DNA of 64,000 nt from Actinomycetota bacterium (GCA_030017835.1 JASEGU010000001.1:24341-88340), one strand, 5' to 3'; positions 50,104 through 60,127 are shown, counted from the stretch's first letter. Program-made: numbers and translations. The notes: generated by a model from the sequence alone, not told the origin.

Positions 50104-51123
50104 ATGATTGTCATAATGAAGGATAGTGCTAGCAACCAGGAGATAGATCACGTAATCGAAAAACTGGATGAGCTCAAGCTCGAGGTCCACATCTCAAGGG
50201 GTAAATTTAGGACCATCATTGGAATAATCGGCGAAGAGGAGATGGTCTCCGCCATTCCCTTAGAGGCTTTCCCAGGCGTCGAGAGGGTGGTTCCGGTTCT
50301 CAAACCCTATCGCCTGGTTAGTCGCGAGTTCAGCTCGGATGATACCGTTATCGAGGTGAATGGCTCTTTGATCGGAGGTGGAAATTTTGCCGTCATAGCT
50401 GGTCCTTGCTCCATTGAGTCTGAGGAGCAGGCCATAGAGACAGCGAGATCGGTCAAGGCTGCCGGGGCGACCATGTATAGGGGCGGAGCTTTCAAGCCGA
50501 GGACATCGCCGTATAGTTTCCAAGGACTCGGTCTCGAGGGCTTGAAGATACTGGCCGAGGCCAGGAAAGAGACGGGGCTTCCGATAGTTACCGAGGTTAT
50601 GGATACCAGAGACGTCGACGCCGTGACCACCTATTCCGACATCTTGCAGATAGGAGCGAGGAATATGCAGAACTTCCAGCTCTTAACTGAGGTCGGCAAG
50701 CAGCACAAGCCCGTGGTCTTAAAGCGAGGCTTCAGCAACACCATCGAAGAATTCCTGATGGCGGCCGAATATGTCGCCAAAGGAGGCAATCAAGAGATAA
50801 TCCTCTGTGAACGGGGGATACGAACCTTTGAGCCCTATACCAGAAATACTCTAGACATCAGCGCCATTCCGCTCCTAAAGGGTTTGAGCCATCTTCCGGT
50901 CATAGTCGATCCGAGTCATGCGACAGGGCGCCGGGATCTGGTCGGGCCTCTCTCGCTGGCTTCAATCGCCGCCGGAGCCGATGGCCTGATGATTGAGGTT
51001 CATCAGGATCCCGAATCAGCCCTCTGCGATGGGCCACAATCTCTTAACCCTCAAGAGTTTACCGAGCTCATGAAGGAGATAAGTTCTCTGGTTAAAAATT
51101 TTTCCAAACGGATCGGAGCATGA
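50104..51123 (+). CDS. aroF: 3-deoxy-7-phosphoheptulonate (DAHP) synthase, type I-beta with N-terminal ferredoxin-like regulatory domain
   Basis: An N-terminal ~65-aa ACT/FL-like domain is followed by a KDO8PS-like barrel (AGPCSIES, GAFKPRTSPYSFQG). It resembles the Thermotoga-type regulated DAHPS. Confidence 0.8.
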   Translation: MIVIMKDSASNQEIDHVIEKLDELKLEVHISRGKFRTIIGIIGEEEMVSAIPLEAFPGVERVVPVLKPYRLVSREFSSDDTVIEVNGSLIGGGNFAVIAGPCSIESEEQAIETARSVKAAGATMYRGGAFKPRTSPYSFQGLGLEGLKILAEARKETGLPIVTEVMDTRDVDAVTTYSDILQIGARNMQNFQLLTEVGKQHKPVVLKRGFSNTIEEFLMAAEYVAKGGNQEIILCERGIRTFEPYTRNTLDISAIPLLKGLSHLPVIVDPSHATGRRDLVGPLSLASIAAGADGLMIEVHQDPESALCDGPQSLNPQEFTELMKEISSLVKNFSKRIGA

Positions 51124-51126
51124 TAA

Positions 51127-52254
51127 GTGAAAGCCGTTTTTGAAAAGGTTGCCATCGTTGGGCTGGGGCTCATGGGTGGCTCATTAGGCCTGGCAATAAA
51201 GGCCCTTAAAGGTCCCCCGAAAGTGGTCGGAATAGCCCGAAGAAGTGGCGTTATCGCCGAGGCCTTAAAAATGGGCGCAATAGACGCGGGGACAACCGAT
51301 GTTGCCGAGGGTGTTAAAGGGGCCGATTTGATTTTTTTGGCCCTTCCGGTCGGGGCGATGGCCGAGAAGGTCAAAGAGATGATCCCTCACCTGAAAGAGG
51401 GGGCGATCATCACCGATGTCGGCAGCACGAAAGAGTCGGTCACCCAGAGCATCCAAGAGATTCTGCCAAAATCATATCATTTCATAGGAGGTCATCCTAT
51501 GTGCGGATCGGAGAAGGACGGAATTTCGGCCGCAAGCGAGAGCCTTTTCAAGAACGCTTATTACATATTGACCCCGACGAAGGAGACTTCGGCCCCGGCC
51601 TTCAAACGCCTTCACTCACTTTTAACCGCAATAAGCGCAAAAGTCATCGCCATCGAACCGAAAAAACATGATCATTTGGTTGCCGCCATAAGTCACCTGC
51701 CTCATCTTCTCTCGGCTGCTCTGGTTAATCTGGCCAAAAAGGGAGAGGAGAAGGAGGAGAGTCTGCTCCTTCTGGCCGCCGGCGGCTTCAGGGATACAAC
51801 CAGGATAGCTGCGGGAAACCCCGATATGTGGGTCGATATCTGCTTAGAGAACGACAAGGCCATCTTGAGTCAGATTGAGGGGTTCGAAAGGGAACTTGGC
51901 AAGTTTGCCTCCGCCATAAGGGCAAAGGATAAGGAGGCTCTAAGGAAGGCTCTCCATGAAGCCCAGGTCGCAAGGAAGAATCTACCCATTGTCACCTTGA
52001 AGGATATTAGGGCGCTAAAAGAGCTTACCATCTCGGTTACAGATCGCCCGGGCGCCATCAGCGACATAACCGTCTCCATCGGAAACATCGGCATAAACAT
52101 AGAAGACATCACCCTCGTCCATCTTTCCGAAGAGAGCGGGCTGGTAAAGCTGGTTGTGGCGGACGAAGATTCCGCCAAGAGGGCGGCCAAGGTTCTTAAG
52201 AAGAAGGGCTATGTTGTCCAGATAAGCGGTCTCTACGAGAGGGAGGAGCGTTGA
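51127..52254 (+). CDS. tyrA: Prephenate dehydrogenase with C-terminal ACT domain
   Basis: It has a Rossmann motif (IVGLGLMGGS) and a C-terminal ACT-like ~70 aa. GTG start. Confidence 0.8.
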   Translation: MKAVFEKVAIVGLGLMGGSLGLAIKALKGPPKVVGIARRSGVIAEALKMGAIDAGTTDVAEGVKGADLIFLALPVGAMAEKVKEMIPHLKEGAIITDVGSTKESVTQSIQEILPKSYHFIGGHPMCGSEKDGISAASESLFKNAYYILTPTKETSAPAFKRLHSLLTAISAKVIAIEPKKHDHLVAAISHLPHLLSAALVNLAKKGEEKEESLLLLAAGGFRDTTRIAAGNPDMWVDICLENDKAILSQIEGFERELGKFASAIRAKDKEALRKALHEAQVARKNLPIVTLKDIRALKELTISVTDRPGAISDITVSIGNIGINIEDITLVHLSEESGLVKLVVADEDSAKRAAKVLKKKGYVVQISGLYEREER

Positions 52255-53567
52255 GTCACCTCTTTCAAAAGGACGATAAGATCTTCGTGACAAAAGCGCC
52301 CAGCTTTTCTGGCAGGGTAAGGGTGCCGGGCGATAAATCGATCTCCCATAGGGCGCTCATGCTTGGAGCTATCGCTGAGGGCAGAACTGAGATCGAGGGC
52401 TTTCTTTCGTCAAATGATTGCTTGAGCACCATGAGCTGCCTTAAAGAGCTTGGGGTGGAGTTCAATAATATCTCAAAAACCGCTCTTGTGATTGAGGGCC
52501 GTGGCCGAAAGTCACTTAAGGAGCCAAAAGACGTGCTTTTTGCCGGAAACTCGGGCACGACCATGCGGATGCTCCCCGGCATCCTAGCCGGACAAAATTT
52601 CTTCTCCGTTTTGACAGGCGACTCCTCCATAAGAGAGAGGCCGATGGGCCGGATAATCTCTCCTCTTAAGGAGATGGGAGCCTCCTTATTTGCGAGAGAT
52701 GACGGCAATAAACCACCGGTTGCTATCATCGGCTCTACCCTATCCGGGATCGACTATGAGATGCCCGTCGCAAGCGCGCAGGTTAAGAGCTGCATCCTTC
52801 TGGCCGGGCTTTTCGCTAAGGGTAAGACCAGAGTTATCGAGAAGGTTCCATCGCGCGACCACAGCGAAAGGATGCTCGCTTTCTTTGACGCGGACATATC
52901 GTCAAATAACGGCATCATTGAGATAAGCGCGGAAAAAGAGCTTTTAGCAGCCAAGGTGGAAATACCGGGCGACATCTCCTCAGCCGCTTTTTTACTGGCC
53001 GCCGCCCTGATGATCGAGGATTCCGACCTTAGGATCGATTCGGTCGGAGTCAATCCGACCAGATGCGGGTTCTTGGAGGCTCTTGCGATGATGGGCGCAA
53101 GCGTCATCCAAGGAGATCAAAAGGTAATCTCAAACGAACCGAGAGCCAATCTTTCGACAGGCTTTGCACCTCTCCAAGCGATCGAGATTGACGCTGAGAT
53201 GATTCCAAGGATAGTCGATGAGCTGCCGATATTTGCCGTTTTGTCAACTCAGGCAAAGGGGACGACCATCGTAAGAGGCGCAGGCGAGCTCAGGGTGAAG
53301 GAGAGCGATCGGATAACCGCGATAACCTCCGAGCTCAAAAGCCTCGGCGCTGACATTAAAGAACTTGCCGATGGGTTTGAAGTCAAGGGCCCGTCTAAAC
53401 TTAAGGGGACAAAGGTCGATTCATATGGCGACCATCGGATGGCCATGGCCCTGACCGTCGCCGGGCTCATAGCAGAAGGAGAGACCGTAATCGACGGAGC
53501 CGCCTCGGTTGACATCTCCTTTCCCGGCTTCATAGAGACGATAAATTCTCTCGTTAAAGGGGAGTGA
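52251..53567 (+). CDS. aroA: 3-phosphoshikimate 1-carboxyvinyltransferase (EPSP synthase)
   Basis: It carries EPSPS motifs (VPGDKSISHRALMLGAIAEG, LFAGNSGTTMR). TTG start with a GGGAGGAG SD; 438 aa. Confidence 0.9.
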   Translation: MSHLFQKDDKIFVTKAPSFSGRVRVPGDKSISHRALMLGAIAEGRTEIEGFLSSNDCLSTMSCLKELGVEFNNISKTALVIEGRGRKSLKEPKDVLFAGNSGTTMRMLPGILAGQNFFSVLTGDSSIRERPMGRIISPLKEMGASLFARDDGNKPPVAIIGSTLSGIDYEMPVASAQVKSCILLAGLFAKGKTRVIEKVPSRDHSERMLAFFDADISSNNGIIEISAEKELLAAKVEIPGDISSAAFLLAAALMIEDSDLRIDSVGVNPTRCGFLEALAMMGASVIQGDQKVISNEPRANLSTGFAPLQAIEIDAEMIPRIVDELPIFAVLSTQAKGTTIVRGAGELRVKESDRITAITSELKSLGADIKELADGFEVKGPSKLKGTKVDSYGDHRMAMALTVAGLIAEGETVIDGAASVDISFPGFIETINSLVKGE

Positions 53568-53574
53568 TTTCTCC

Positions 53575-54246
53575 ATGATAATCGCAATCGATGGGCCGGC
53601 CGCCTCAGGAAAGAGCACGATAGCCAAGAGAGTAGCCTTAAATCTCGGATTAGATTACCTAGATACCGGAGCCATGTACCGGGCGGTCACCTTCAAAGCC
53701 CTGGATAAGTCGCTAAACACCGAAGACGCCGTATTGATGGGAAGGCTGGCCAGAGATTTAAGCCTTGAGTTCAAGAACAAGACTCAAGGTGACAATATTT
53801 GCATAGAGGTCTTTTTAGACGGTCAGGATATCAGCGAGGAGATACGTTCGCCAAGAGTGACGGCGAGCGTCTCAGCCGTCGCCAAAATACCAGAGGTCAG
53901 AATGGCTATGGTCGAACTCCAGCGGAGACTGGCAGGCGAGAAAGACACGGTGGCCGAAGGGCGGGATGTCGGCACCCAGGTCTTTCCAAAGGCCGAAAAG
54001 AAATTCTTTTTGGTGGCTTCCGCCAGGGAGAGGGCCACAAGAAGGTGTAAAGAGTTCGAAGAGAAGGGCTATCAGGTTGACATCGACTCTTTAGAGAGAG
54101 ATATCGCATCCAGGGATGCGATCGACAGCGCCAGGGAGAATAGTCCTTTAAGGAGGGCCGATGACGCCATCTTGATCGATACCACGAGAAAAAGCATCGA
54201 AGACGTCGTGACTGAGATACTTGAGCACATCGGCCGGAAGGTTTAA
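53575..54246 (+). CDS. cmk: Cytidylate kinase
   Basis: It has a P-loop (IIAIDGPAASGKST) and is 223 aa. Confidence 0.9.
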   Translation: MIIAIDGPAASGKSTIAKRVALNLGLDYLDTGAMYRAVTFKALDKSLNTEDAVLMGRLARDLSLEFKNKTQGDNICIEVFLDGQDISEEIRSPRVTASVSAVAKIPEVRMAMVELQRRLAGEKDTVAEGRDVGTQVFPKAEKKFFLVASARERATRRCKEFEEKGYQVDIDSLERDIASRDAIDSARENSPLRRADDAILIDTTRKSIEDVVTEILEHIGRKV

Positions 54247-54250
54247 TTCT

Positions 54251-54874
54251 TTGACCGAGAGAAAGAGTATCATTTACAAAATATTTTTATTCGTTTGCAG
54301 GGTTCTTTTGAGGCTTACGCTAGGACTTGAAGTCTTGGGGAATGAGAATGTGCCATCTCAAGGCCCGGTTATATTCGTTGCCAATCACGTTACCGCCATC
54401 GACCCCTTCGTGGTCGCGGTCGCCCTATCCAAAAGAAAACTGAGCAGCATCGCCAAAGAAGAACTTTTCCGATCGCCAATTTTGGCCGCCTTCTTGACAA
54501 GGATCGGCGTCTTTCCGGTAAGCCGGGGCAAATATGATAGGAAGATCTTAAAGAGGTCGCTCGAAATTCTCTTAGGCGGAGGCGCATTGGCCCTCTTTCC
54601 CGAGGGGACCAGATATAGACTGGGCGAAGGAGAACTCGGTCCCTTGCAAGACGGGGCCGCGTTGATCTCTATAATGAGCGCCGCTCCCATAATACCGCTT
54701 GCCATCACGGGGACCGACAAGGCCATTCTGCAAGGAGCAAAATTCATTTGCCCGGCCAAGGTAAGGGTCAAGATAGGCCGGGTGGTTACAAGAAGCGATG
54801 ACAGGAAGGAATATACCGCAAACATACGAAAAGCCCTCATCCACCTCCTTAATCAGGCTGCCCATGAAGATTGA
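54251..54874 (+). CDS. plsC: 1-acyl-sn-glycerol-3-phosphate acyltransferase
   Basis: It has the HxxxxD acyltransferase motif (ANHVTAID) and an FPEGTR motif. The start is uncertain: TTG 54251 after the cmk stop, or upstream at 54221 inside cmk. Confidence 0.75.
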   Translation: MTERKSIIYKIFLFVCRVLLRLTLGLEVLGNENVPSQGPVIFVANHVTAIDPFVVAVALSKRKLSSIAKEELFRSPILAAFLTRIGVFPVSRGKYDRKILKRSLEILLGGGALALFPEGTRYRLGEGELGPLQDGAALISIMSAAPIIPLAITGTDKAILQGAKFICPAKVRVKIGRVVTRSDDRKEYTANIRKALIHLLNQAAHED

Positions 54875-55715
54875 GATCGCCGCCGAGGCCGGTTACTGCT
54901 ATGGAGTCGAGCGCTCACTAAAACTTGCCAAAAAAGCCCTCGAGGTTTCTAAGCGGCCGATATATACCTATGGCCCAATAATCCACAATCGAAAGGTCGT
55001 GGAATCGCTTAAAGAGAAGGGGATTGAGCAGATAGAATCCTTGGATGGCATCACCTCGGGAACCCTTATCATAAGATCGCATGGCGTCGCTCCTAAAATA
55101 AAAGAGGAGGCCGAGGCAAAAGGATTGACCGTGATGGACGCCACCTGCCCGTTCGTCAAAAAGGCTCAAAAATGTAGCAAAAAGCTGACTAAAGAGGGAT
55201 ATGACCTGGTTATTATCGGTGAAAAGGATCACCCGGAAGTTATCGGAATTCTAGCCCATGCTGAGACAAAAGCCAAGGTCGTTGACGATCCGGGCCAGAT
55301 TAGAAACCTAAAGCTCAAGGATAGGGCGGGGGTTGTGGTTCAGACCACCCAACCTCTCGATCTCGTCAAAAAGATTGTGGGCGAACTCTTGAGCGTCGCA
55401 AGAGAGATAAAGATCTGCAATACCATCTGCGATGCCACCGCAAAGAGGCAAGTTGCAGCCGCCGATCTGGCTCGCCGGGTGGATTTGATGCTGATAGTGG
55501 GTGGCAAGGAGAGCGCAAATACCACCAGGCTCGCCGAGATTTGCATGGCGATAAATCCCAAAAGTTACCATATCGAGATGGCCAACGACCTTAGCCTCTC
55601 CTGGTTTGCCGGCATCGAAACCGTCGGCATCACGGCGGGCGCCTCGGCGCCAAATTGGATTATCGAAGAAGTGGTCGAGGTGCTCTCCGGCCTCGATTCA
55701 ATGTGCAGCCTTTGA
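54864..55715 (+). CDS. ispH: 4-hydroxy-3-methylbut-2-enyl diphosphate reductase
   Basis: It has the IspH N-terminus (MKIEIAAEAGYCYGVERSL), conserved Cys positions and is ~284 aa. The track ORF is longer because it runs upstream through the plsC 3' end. Confidence 0.8.
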   Translation: MKIEIAAEAGYCYGVERSLKLAKKALEVSKRPIYTYGPIIHNRKVVESLKEKGIEQIESLDGITSGTLIIRSHGVAPKIKEEAEAKGLTVMDATCPFVKKAQKCSKKLTKEGYDLVIIGEKDHPEVIGILAHAETKAKVVDDPGQIRNLKLKDRAGVVVQTTQPLDLVKKIVGELLSVAREIKICNTICDATAKRQVAAADLARRVDLMLIVGGKESANTTRLAEICMAINPKSYHIEMANDLSLSWFAGIETVGITAGASAPNWIIEEVVEVLSGLDSMCSL

Positions 55716-55747
55716 TACGAGACCTAGTTTAATAGATTGAGGCTCCC

Positions 55748-57079
55748 ATGACAGCCAAGATAGTCTCAGTAGCAGAAAGCAGTCCGGCCAAAGCTGCCGG
55801 AATAAGAGAGGGCGATATCCTTCTAGATATCAACGGAGTGGTCCTAAGCGACATCTTGGATTATCAGATCCACTCTGACAGCGTGCTCCCCTCTCTTTTA
55901 GTCGATAGGGATGGGCGCAAACTTCAATTTAAGATCAAAAAGGGACCGGGTGAAAACCTCGGGCTTACCTTCGAGTCATCCGTCTTCGACTCCTTGATGA
56001 CCTGTAACAATCGCTGCGTCTTCTGCTTCATCGACCAGCTTCCCAAAGGGGTCAGAAAGAACCTACTCCTTAAAGACGACGATTTCCGGCACTCCTTTAT
56101 CTACGGCAACTTCATAACCCTGACCAATCTTGCAGGTGCCGATATCGAGCGGGTAATCGCCCAGCGCCTAAGCCCTCTTTACGTCTCCATCCATTCCTTA
56201 AATCCCCTCGTTAGGCAGAATCTCATCAGGCCCAAAGGTGAGGATATGGCCGTAGATTTTTTAAGAAGGCTTAGCGACGCTGGCATCGAACTACACATCC
56301 AGATTGTCCTCTGCCCCGGCATAAACGATGGCAAAGAACTAAGAAATACGGTGGATGGCCTCATCTTTGGCTTTCCCTCCGTCGCTTCGGTGGGGGTGGT
56401 TCCCGTCGGCCTGACCGGTCACAGAAGAGGTCTTTATCCCTTAAGGCCAATCGGCAGAATTGAGGCAGAAGAATTGATCAATGAATATGGGCCCTATCAG
56501 GAAGAATGCTTGAAAGAGATGGGATCGGCCAAGGTATTTTTAGCCGATGAGTTCTATATTATAACTGGCAAAAAGCTTCCAGATATCGATCATTATGAGG
56601 ATTTTCCCCAGCTTGAGAACGGGGTTGGCCTGACAAGACTCTTTTTAGACTCAGCCAGAGACCGCTTAAGTGAGCTTGAGGGCTGGCCAGGGAAGGCTCG
56701 GGCCATGATTTTAACGGGAGAGCTTGCGGCGGGCATCGTAAAGGAGCTTGGCAAGGATCTTAATGGATATGGTATCGATCTTGAGGTTTGGCCAATAAAA
56801 AATAATTTTTTTGGAGGCGGCGTCAGCGTAACCGGCCTCTTGACCGGCTGGGATATAATTAAAGCTTTGAAGGATTCCAAAGAGGCCGGCCCTTTCCTGC
56901 TTCCGGGCATAGTATTAAACGGCGAGGGAAGGCTTTTAGACGATCTGACCATCGATGAAGTGGCCGATAGGGCGAAGAAGAGAATCTTTCTCGTTTCATC
57001 CACCGGCGATGGTTTCATTTCGGATCTTTTAAAACTCTGTGAGGATGGTGAGCTTGGCGATAGTTGCAGTATTGGGTAG
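55748..57079 (+). CDS. PDZ-domain radical SAM protein with DUF512-like C-terminal domain
   Basis: An N-terminal PDZ (GIREGDILLDINGV) is followed by a CxxxCxxC motif (CNNRCVFC) and a ~200-aa C-terminal region. It is 443 aa. Confidence 0.7.
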   Translation: MTAKIVSVAESSPAKAAGIREGDILLDINGVVLSDILDYQIHSDSVLPSLLVDRDGRKLQFKIKKGPGENLGLTFESSVFDSLMTCNNRCVFCFIDQLPKGVRKNLLLKDDDFRHSFIYGNFITLTNLAGADIERVIAQRLSPLYVSIHSLNPLVRQNLIRPKGEDMAVDFLRRLSDAGIELHIQIVLCPGINDGKELRNTVDGLIFGFPSVASVGVVPVGLTGHRRGLYPLRPIGRIEAEELINEYGPYQEECLKEMGSAKVFLADEFYIITGKKLPDIDHYEDFPQLENGVGLTRLFLDSARDRLSELEGWPGKARAMILTGELAAGIVKELGKDLNGYGIDLEVWPIKNNFFGGGVSVTGLLTGWDIIKALKDSKEAGPFLLPGIVLNGEGRLLDDLTIDEVADRAKKRIFLVSSTGDGFISDLLKLCEDGELGDSCSIG

Positions 57080-58364
57080 GCCAAACGTCGGCAAATCAAC
57101 CCTGGTAAACAGGATGGCCATTAGCAAACGAGCCATCGTAGATGAGGAGATCGGAGTCACCAGGGACAGGAACTATATAGCCACCGATTGGGCCGGGTGC
57201 GAGTTCACACTGGTCGATACGGGGGGGCTCATCTTCGGCGATGATGAGGCCCTGGCCTCATCCGTCAAAGAACAGGCCCTGGTTGCCGCCGATGAGGCCG
57301 ACGCGATAGTCTTTCTGGTCGACTCGAAAGTGGGTCCTTTGGTCGATGATTATGAAATAGCCAAGATACTCAAAAGATCTGGCAAGCCTCTTTTTCTGGT
57401 GGTCAACAAGATAGACGACGTAGAGAAGGCCTACGAAACGGCCGACTTCAATGCCTTGGGACTGGGCGAGCCGTACGCCGCCTCGGCCCTGCACGGTCTT
57501 GGCATCGGCGATATTCTCGATGAACTGGTGAAGGTTCTTCCCGAGGAGGCCCCAGCGGCACCTGGCGAGACCTCTCTGGTAAACATCGCCATAGTTGGCC
57601 GGCCAAACGTCGGCAAATCATCCATCTTCAATCGGTTGATCGGCAGCGAAAGGGTGATAGTAAGCGAGATATCCGGAACGACCAGGGACGCCATCGACAC
57701 CTTGGTCGAAAGGGATGGTAGGGCCTACCGCTTCATAGACACGGCCGGTCTTAGAAAAAAAAGCCGGATAGAGGGGGTCGAGTATTACGGCATGGTCAGG
57801 GCGCTTAGGGCTCTGGGTGGTGCCGATATTGCCCTTTTGGTCATCGATGCGGCCGAAGGCGTAACCGAACAGGATCAGAAGATTGCGGACATGGCGGAGC
57901 GCCGGGGCCTTGGAATAATAGTCGTCCTAAATAAATGGGACCTTGTAGAGCCCGATCAGATGGAAGCCATCTACAAGAATCTCTCCAAACGCCTAAGATT
58001 CATAGAATACTCGCCCGTTGTCAAGGTCTCTGCCCTGAAGAATAAGGGATTTAAAAAGGTCTTTTCTACGATTGATGAGGTGGCGAGTGAGTTCAAAAAG
58101 GAGATATCGACCTCCAAGCTGAATGCACTCGTCCAAAAGGTCAAAGCCAAAGGACATACTGCTCAAAAAGGGGGCAAGAGGCTAAATCTCCTCTATGCGA
58201 CCCAAGTCAGGACGGCTCCGCCGATATTTCTCTTCTTTGTCAACGATGCGAAACTGGTTGATATATACTTTAAAAGGTATCTGGTAGGCATGATGCGTGA
58301 GGCATTCGGTTTTCTGGGCGTGCCCGTGATCATCCGCTTCACCGGCAAGGAGAAGAGGAGTTGA
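57045..58364 (+). CDS. der: Ribosome-associated GTPase Der (EngA), two GTPase domains + KH-like domain
   Basis: It has two G domains (GRPNVGKST and GRPNVGKSS), each with DTAG. The start is ambiguous (GTG 57039 / ATG 57045 / TTG 57054) and overlaps the previous gene. Confidence 0.9.
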   Translation: MVSLAIVAVLGRPNVGKSTLVNRMAISKRAIVDEEIGVTRDRNYIATDWAGCEFTLVDTGGLIFGDDEALASSVKEQALVAADEADAIVFLVDSKVGPLVDDYEIAKILKRSGKPLFLVVNKIDDVEKAYETADFNALGLGEPYAASALHGLGIGDILDELVKVLPEEAPAAPGETSLVNIAIVGRPNVGKSSIFNRLIGSERVIVSEISGTTRDAIDTLVERDGRAYRFIDTAGLRKKSRIEGVEYYGMVRALRALGGADIALLVIDAAEGVTEQDQKIADMAERRGLGIIVVLNKWDLVEPDQMEAIYKNLSKRLRFIEYSPVVKVSALKNKGFKKVFSTIDEVASEFKKEISTSKLNALVQKVKAKGHTAQKGGKRLNLLYATQVRTAPPIFLFFVNDAKLVDIYFKRYLVGMMREAFGFLGVPVIIRFTGKEKRS

Positions 58365-58398
58365 AAATGAATTTAAAAAGAGGGGAGAGGCGCCGGTC

Positions 58399-59070
58399 TT
58401 GATATATTTTAAGGCCCTATCTTCGATCATTATAGGCTATCTCTTGGGCTCCATCTCCTTCGCCACCTTGATTGCAAAGGTAATTTTCAAGCGCGATTTG
58501 AGCCAGGAGGGAAGCGGCAACTTGGGAGCGACCAACGCCCTTCGCGTCCTTGGAACGGGACCGGGTCTTCTTGTTCTCTTCGGCGACGTCTTTAAGGGTT
58601 TTTTGGCAATAGCCATAGCCAGCCACCTATTTAGGGGAGCGCCGACCGCCTTTACGGCCATTTTTAATAGAGATACAACAATTCCTTTCTCATCTTTCGA
58701 TTCAGTGGTCATTATTTTCGTCGCCCTTGCTGCCATAATCGGTCACGCCTATCCTCTCTTCTTCAACTTTAAGGGAGGCAAGGGGGTTGCGGTCAGCCTT
58801 GGCGTTTTCTTGGGGGTCATGCCTAAGGTCGGCTTGATCCTCTTTTTTATTTGGCTCATCGTCATGGTCTCAAGCGGCTACGTATCGCTCGGCTCAATAA
58901 TTGCCGCCGCCGCCTTCCCCTTTTTGACCTTGTATTTCCATCAAAGTAATTTGGCTTATCTCATCTTTAGCCTACTCGTATCATTTATGGTAATTTATAG
59001 GCATAAAAGCAACATTGAGCGTCTTTTGAGCGGCAAGGAGAATAGAATTGGCAAAAAAGGTCGCAATTAA
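58399..59070 (+). CDS. plsY: Glycerol-3-phosphate acyltransferase PlsY
   Basis: It carries the PlsY signature (GSGN.GATNA.R). It is a membrane protein of 223 aa. TTG start with an AGAGGGGAGAGG SD. Confidence 0.85.
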   Translation: MIYFKALSSIIIGYLLGSISFATLIAKVIFKRDLSQEGSGNLGATNALRVLGTGPGLLVLFGDVFKGFLAIAIASHLFRGAPTAFTAIFNRDTTIPFSSFDSVVIIFVALAAIIGHAYPLFFNFKGGKGVAVSLGVFLGVMPKVGLILFFIWLIVMVSSGYVSLGSIIAAAAFPFLTLYFHQSNLAYLIFSLLVSFMVIYRHKSNIERLLSGKENRIGKKGRN

Positions 59071-60106
59071 GCCGGCAGATCTAAATATTGCGGTCATCGG
59101 GGCCGGAAGCTGGGGCACGGCCATAGCTACCCTTCTGGCCGAGAAGGGGTTTGAAGTTGTCCTTTGGGCAAGGGACGCTGTTTTGGTTGAGGATATGAAG
59201 AGGCTCAAAAGAAATCCCCGCTACTTGACCGACCTCGATCTTCCAGAGACTTTGAGTTTCTCATCCGATCTCAAAGAAGCATTGCCTGGTGCGGGTCTTG
59301 TCGTGATGGCGGTGCCTTCCCACGGCATGCGTAAAGCGGCACGCTCAGCCAGAGAGCACCTTACAGGCAAGACAATAGTCAGCTTGGCCAAGGGGATAGA
59401 GGCGGAGACCTATCTTAGGATGAGCGAAGTCATAGCAAGCGAGCTTGGCCCGGGCTCCGAAAAGGATATCGCCGTGATATCTGGGCCCAATCATGCCGAA
59501 GAAGTGAGCCGGCGGGTGCCCAGCGCGACGGTCGCTGCGGCCAATGACAAGGAAGTCGCCAAGCGGGTTCAAGAGATATTTATGACGCCGTATTTTCGTG
59601 TCTACACCAATCCAGATATCATCGGCGTGGAGATGGCGGCGGCCTCCAAGAACGTAATAGCCTTAGCGACTGGCATGTCGGACGGGCTAGGCTACGGCGA
59701 TAATACCAGGGCCGCCCTTATGACCCGCGGCCTTGCCGAGATGACCCGCCTTGGCATAATCAAGGGGGCCGAGGCCTCTACTTTCTCTGGTCTGGCCGGC
59801 CTTGGTGACCTCATCGCCACCTGCACCAGCCTTCACAGCCGCAACCGAGCCACAGGCGAAAAAATAGCCAAAGGCATGACTCTTAGCGAGATAGCTAAGG
59901 AGACCTCAATGGTGGCCGAAGGGGTTACGGCCGCCAAAAACCTTCATGACCTAGCCGTCAAGGCCGGGCTCGACATGCCCATAACCGAAGCGGTCTTTCG
60001 CGTCTTGTACCAAGGGAAAAAGCCCAAGGACTGCGTGGGCGACCTGATGGCCCGGGGAGCCAAAGATGAGGCTGCGGCTCTGGGCCAGAGAATAAAACCT
60101 TGTTAA
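59048..60106 (+). CDS. gpsA: NAD(P)H-dependent glycerol-3-phosphate dehydrogenase
   Basis: It has a Rossmann motif (IAVIGAGSWGTA) and is 352 aa. TTG start. It lies in the der-plsY-gpsA order typical of Firmicutes-like genomes. Confidence 0.9.
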   Translation: MAKKVAIKPADLNIAVIGAGSWGTAIATLLAEKGFEVVLWARDAVLVEDMKRLKRNPRYLTDLDLPETLSFSSDLKEALPGAGLVVMAVPSHGMRKAARSAREHLTGKTIVSLAKGIEAETYLRMSEVIASELGPGSEKDIAVISGPNHAEEVSRRVPSATVAAANDKEVAKRVQEIFMTPYFRVYTNPDIIGVEMAAASKNVIALATGMSDGLGYGDNTRAALMTRGLAEMTRLGIIKGAEASTFSGLAGLGDLIATCTSLHSRNRATGEKIAKGMTLSEIAKETSMVAEGVTAAKNLHDLAVKAGLDMPITEAVFRVLYQGKKPKDCVGDLMARGAKDEAAALGQRIKPC

Positions 60107-60127
60107 GAAGTCCTAAAATGCTATAAT
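60100..60127 (+). promoter_or_regulatory. Sigma-70-type promoter with extended -10 (TTGTTA-16-TGcTATAAT) for tRNA-Pro
   Basis: The hexamers and TGn motif are about 35 nt upstream of the tRNA 5' end. It overlaps the gpsA stop region. Confidence 0.55.
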
